A DNA stretch of 63,973 nt, the filler included, from Asterionella formosa (Eukaryota): NCBI GenBank assembly GCA_002256025.1. It is 22 parts of 22 records of this genome, joined end to end, with 100 filler letters (N's around TTAATTAATTAA, not from the genome) between each part and the next. Parts side by side here need not be neighbours in the genome. Positions count along the whole stretch, not along the records: positions 61,244 to 63,973 come from NKIB01014864.1; 21 more parts are not named here. One strand, written 5' to 3'. A model generated the notes under the pieces. That model saw only the letters and a list, made by a program, of their open reading frames with translations. It did no database searches and had not been told where the DNA came from. Every line of letters starts with the position of its first letter. Position 1 is the stretch's first letter. Position numbers and translations under genes: made by a program. This document shows, one piece after another, positions 62,308 to 63,973 of this stretch.

Positions 62308-63643
62308 ATAGCAGGCGATATGCACAAAGAAGCATGAGACTGTGCCGTCTATTTATAGTAACAGAGTGGCTGATTCTGGTTTCGTAATTTTCATGTCTCA
62401 TTAGATTTCCTTTGTCATCGTACTAGTTCCTTACCTTTGACGATAGGAGCTTATTCTTTGATGTATCTGGAAAGGTTAAATGGATAGCAGGCAGCAGTTG
62501 TATTTAGACAAAAACCTCGACAAAAGCACTATAGATGTTCATGAAAAGCCAGACACTTTGGCCTATCGACCACCAGCCAGTCTATACTGCAAAAATGCAA
62601 GAAGCACAAGTTGAATGCCCATTTATGGATTCAAGTTTCAGTAGTAGTGTAAAATATTAGAAACCGGAAGTCACATTTCATCTAGTTACGGTTTTCATTA
62701 GCTATACTAGCTAGTATTGATTGAGAGGAAGCAACGGTAGAATGGCTGCCAAACAAGCGGGGGGGGGGGCCCCAAACACAGAAGATCCCACTAATTTTTC
62801 TCCCCAATGATCCCAGACTCTCTTTGATGTCACTTGCTACAGTAAATGGAGAATAGCCGCCATGATCTGTTGATTGTTGCTGTATGGTACTACTGAGGAC
62901 CAAAACCTCCAGAAATCTCAATGAATTGCTTGTTTCTTGACTTGAATGCAAAAGGGATCAAAACCAGTGAAAAATTCAAAAGGGAACTAAAAATGCTCTG
63001 CAAACATCAGGACAATTGTGAAAGAAAAATGAAGTTTCTTGGGAGGAGAAGTAAAGGGATAATTGCTTCTGGTCTTGCGGAAACGAGAAAAGATTGACCC
63101 AAACAATATTGACACATAGGTACTACCTACCGGAAGAAGGAAGCAATGCTTTCGGCATCATCAATCTATACACAAACCTGCGCCAATTGACGTCAATATA
63201 GCTACCTTGACTTCATCAATGAAGAAGTCGATGGGTGGAGCATGTGAGGAAAATCGGGGTTGAGGTTTTCTTGACGCCAACGTGCTCCTTGGCTGAACTT
63301 GCAGATGAAGTCATTGAGTAACCTGGGCCTGTGAAGCCAAAGGATAAAGAAAAATCTATGACAAGGGTGGTGAGATGATAGTGTTTAGGAGGGGGAGCAA
63401 AAATTATCATAGCTGAACGCATTCGAAACTCGTGTAGACAATAAATGGTGGCATACCATGGCTGCTCTTGGCTGACAGTTGCCAAGTCAATGTAAAGCAC
63501 AACAAGCAAGGGTGCACAAAATACAGTCCCATTTTAATCGACTGGCTGAAACTTAGTTTTGAGACTCTCCATTCTGCAATCATGGGGTGGAATTTGATCT
63601 TCGAAGCACAATCAATTCGAATGCTGTCCAGTGAAACAGCCAA
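62308..63643 (+). repeat. ~1.3-kb dispersed repeat, copy 2
   Basis: Colinear with 13204-14535, with small indels. Confidence 0.95.
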
Positions 63644-63973
63644 TGAAAACAATTGTGGCGAAAAAGCGCAGAACAGATCAAGAGATTTCATAGGAATTAA
63701 AATAACAGGGCATATATGATGCACTGCTCCTTGTGTAGACTATATTTGATCATTTCCATATTTCATATACAGGTGCATGGATGACTCCTCCCGGTAATAG
63801 GAAAATGCGTGATTGCAAACTCAGAACCGTCAGGAGTAAATGGAACAAAGCAGGGAAACAACGGCAAGGCAACCAGTACAACAACCTTCAGAATTGGATT
63901 GGGGGGAAGGTGGAAGTGAAAGCAGCTGAAGCACCAATCATTGCGATGAGAGCATTGTAGAACATTTCGTAGC

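Noticed and set aside
1..63973. Gene cluster linking CA-like, repeat protein, LRR proteins, kinase and retroelements
   Set aside because: They lie on separate contigs that are adjacent only because of size sorting.

Overview
This window is not contiguous DNA. It is 22 unrelated short contigs (~2.8 kb each, roughly size-sorted from 2828 to 2807 bp) joined by an artificial 100-bp linker (N44-TTAATTAATTAA-N44, stops in all six frames), so gene order across linkers means nothing. The content is eukaryotic and most consistent with a diatom: short GT-AG introns, signal peptide plus +1 Phe plastid-targeting presequences, and diatom-type LRR and retroelement families. Recognisable genes are PRP4, arogenate dehydrogenase, a Cof-type HAD hydrolase, a thylakoid-lumen TPM-domain protein, an alpha-carbonic-anhydrase-like protein lacking two Zn ligands, FAM133-like, RWD-like, two kinds of LRR proteins and an LRR-ankyrin-kinase-armadillo protein. 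Mobile DNA includes decayed Gypsy, Copia and pogo-like elements, a 3' LTR plus a solo LTR, a ~100-bp MITE family and several dispersed repeats. The most interesting signals are: (i) a modular RI-type LRR array whose variation is confined to the ligand-binding face, with the same cassette also fused to an ANK-kinase-ARM protein; (ii) a plastid-targeted-looking disordered protein with ~70-aa repeats, a candidate pyrenoid/condensate linker; (iii) LRR exon+intron tandem duplication. All assignments come from reading motifs by eye; no searches were run. No multi-gene novel system can be shown from such short fragments.
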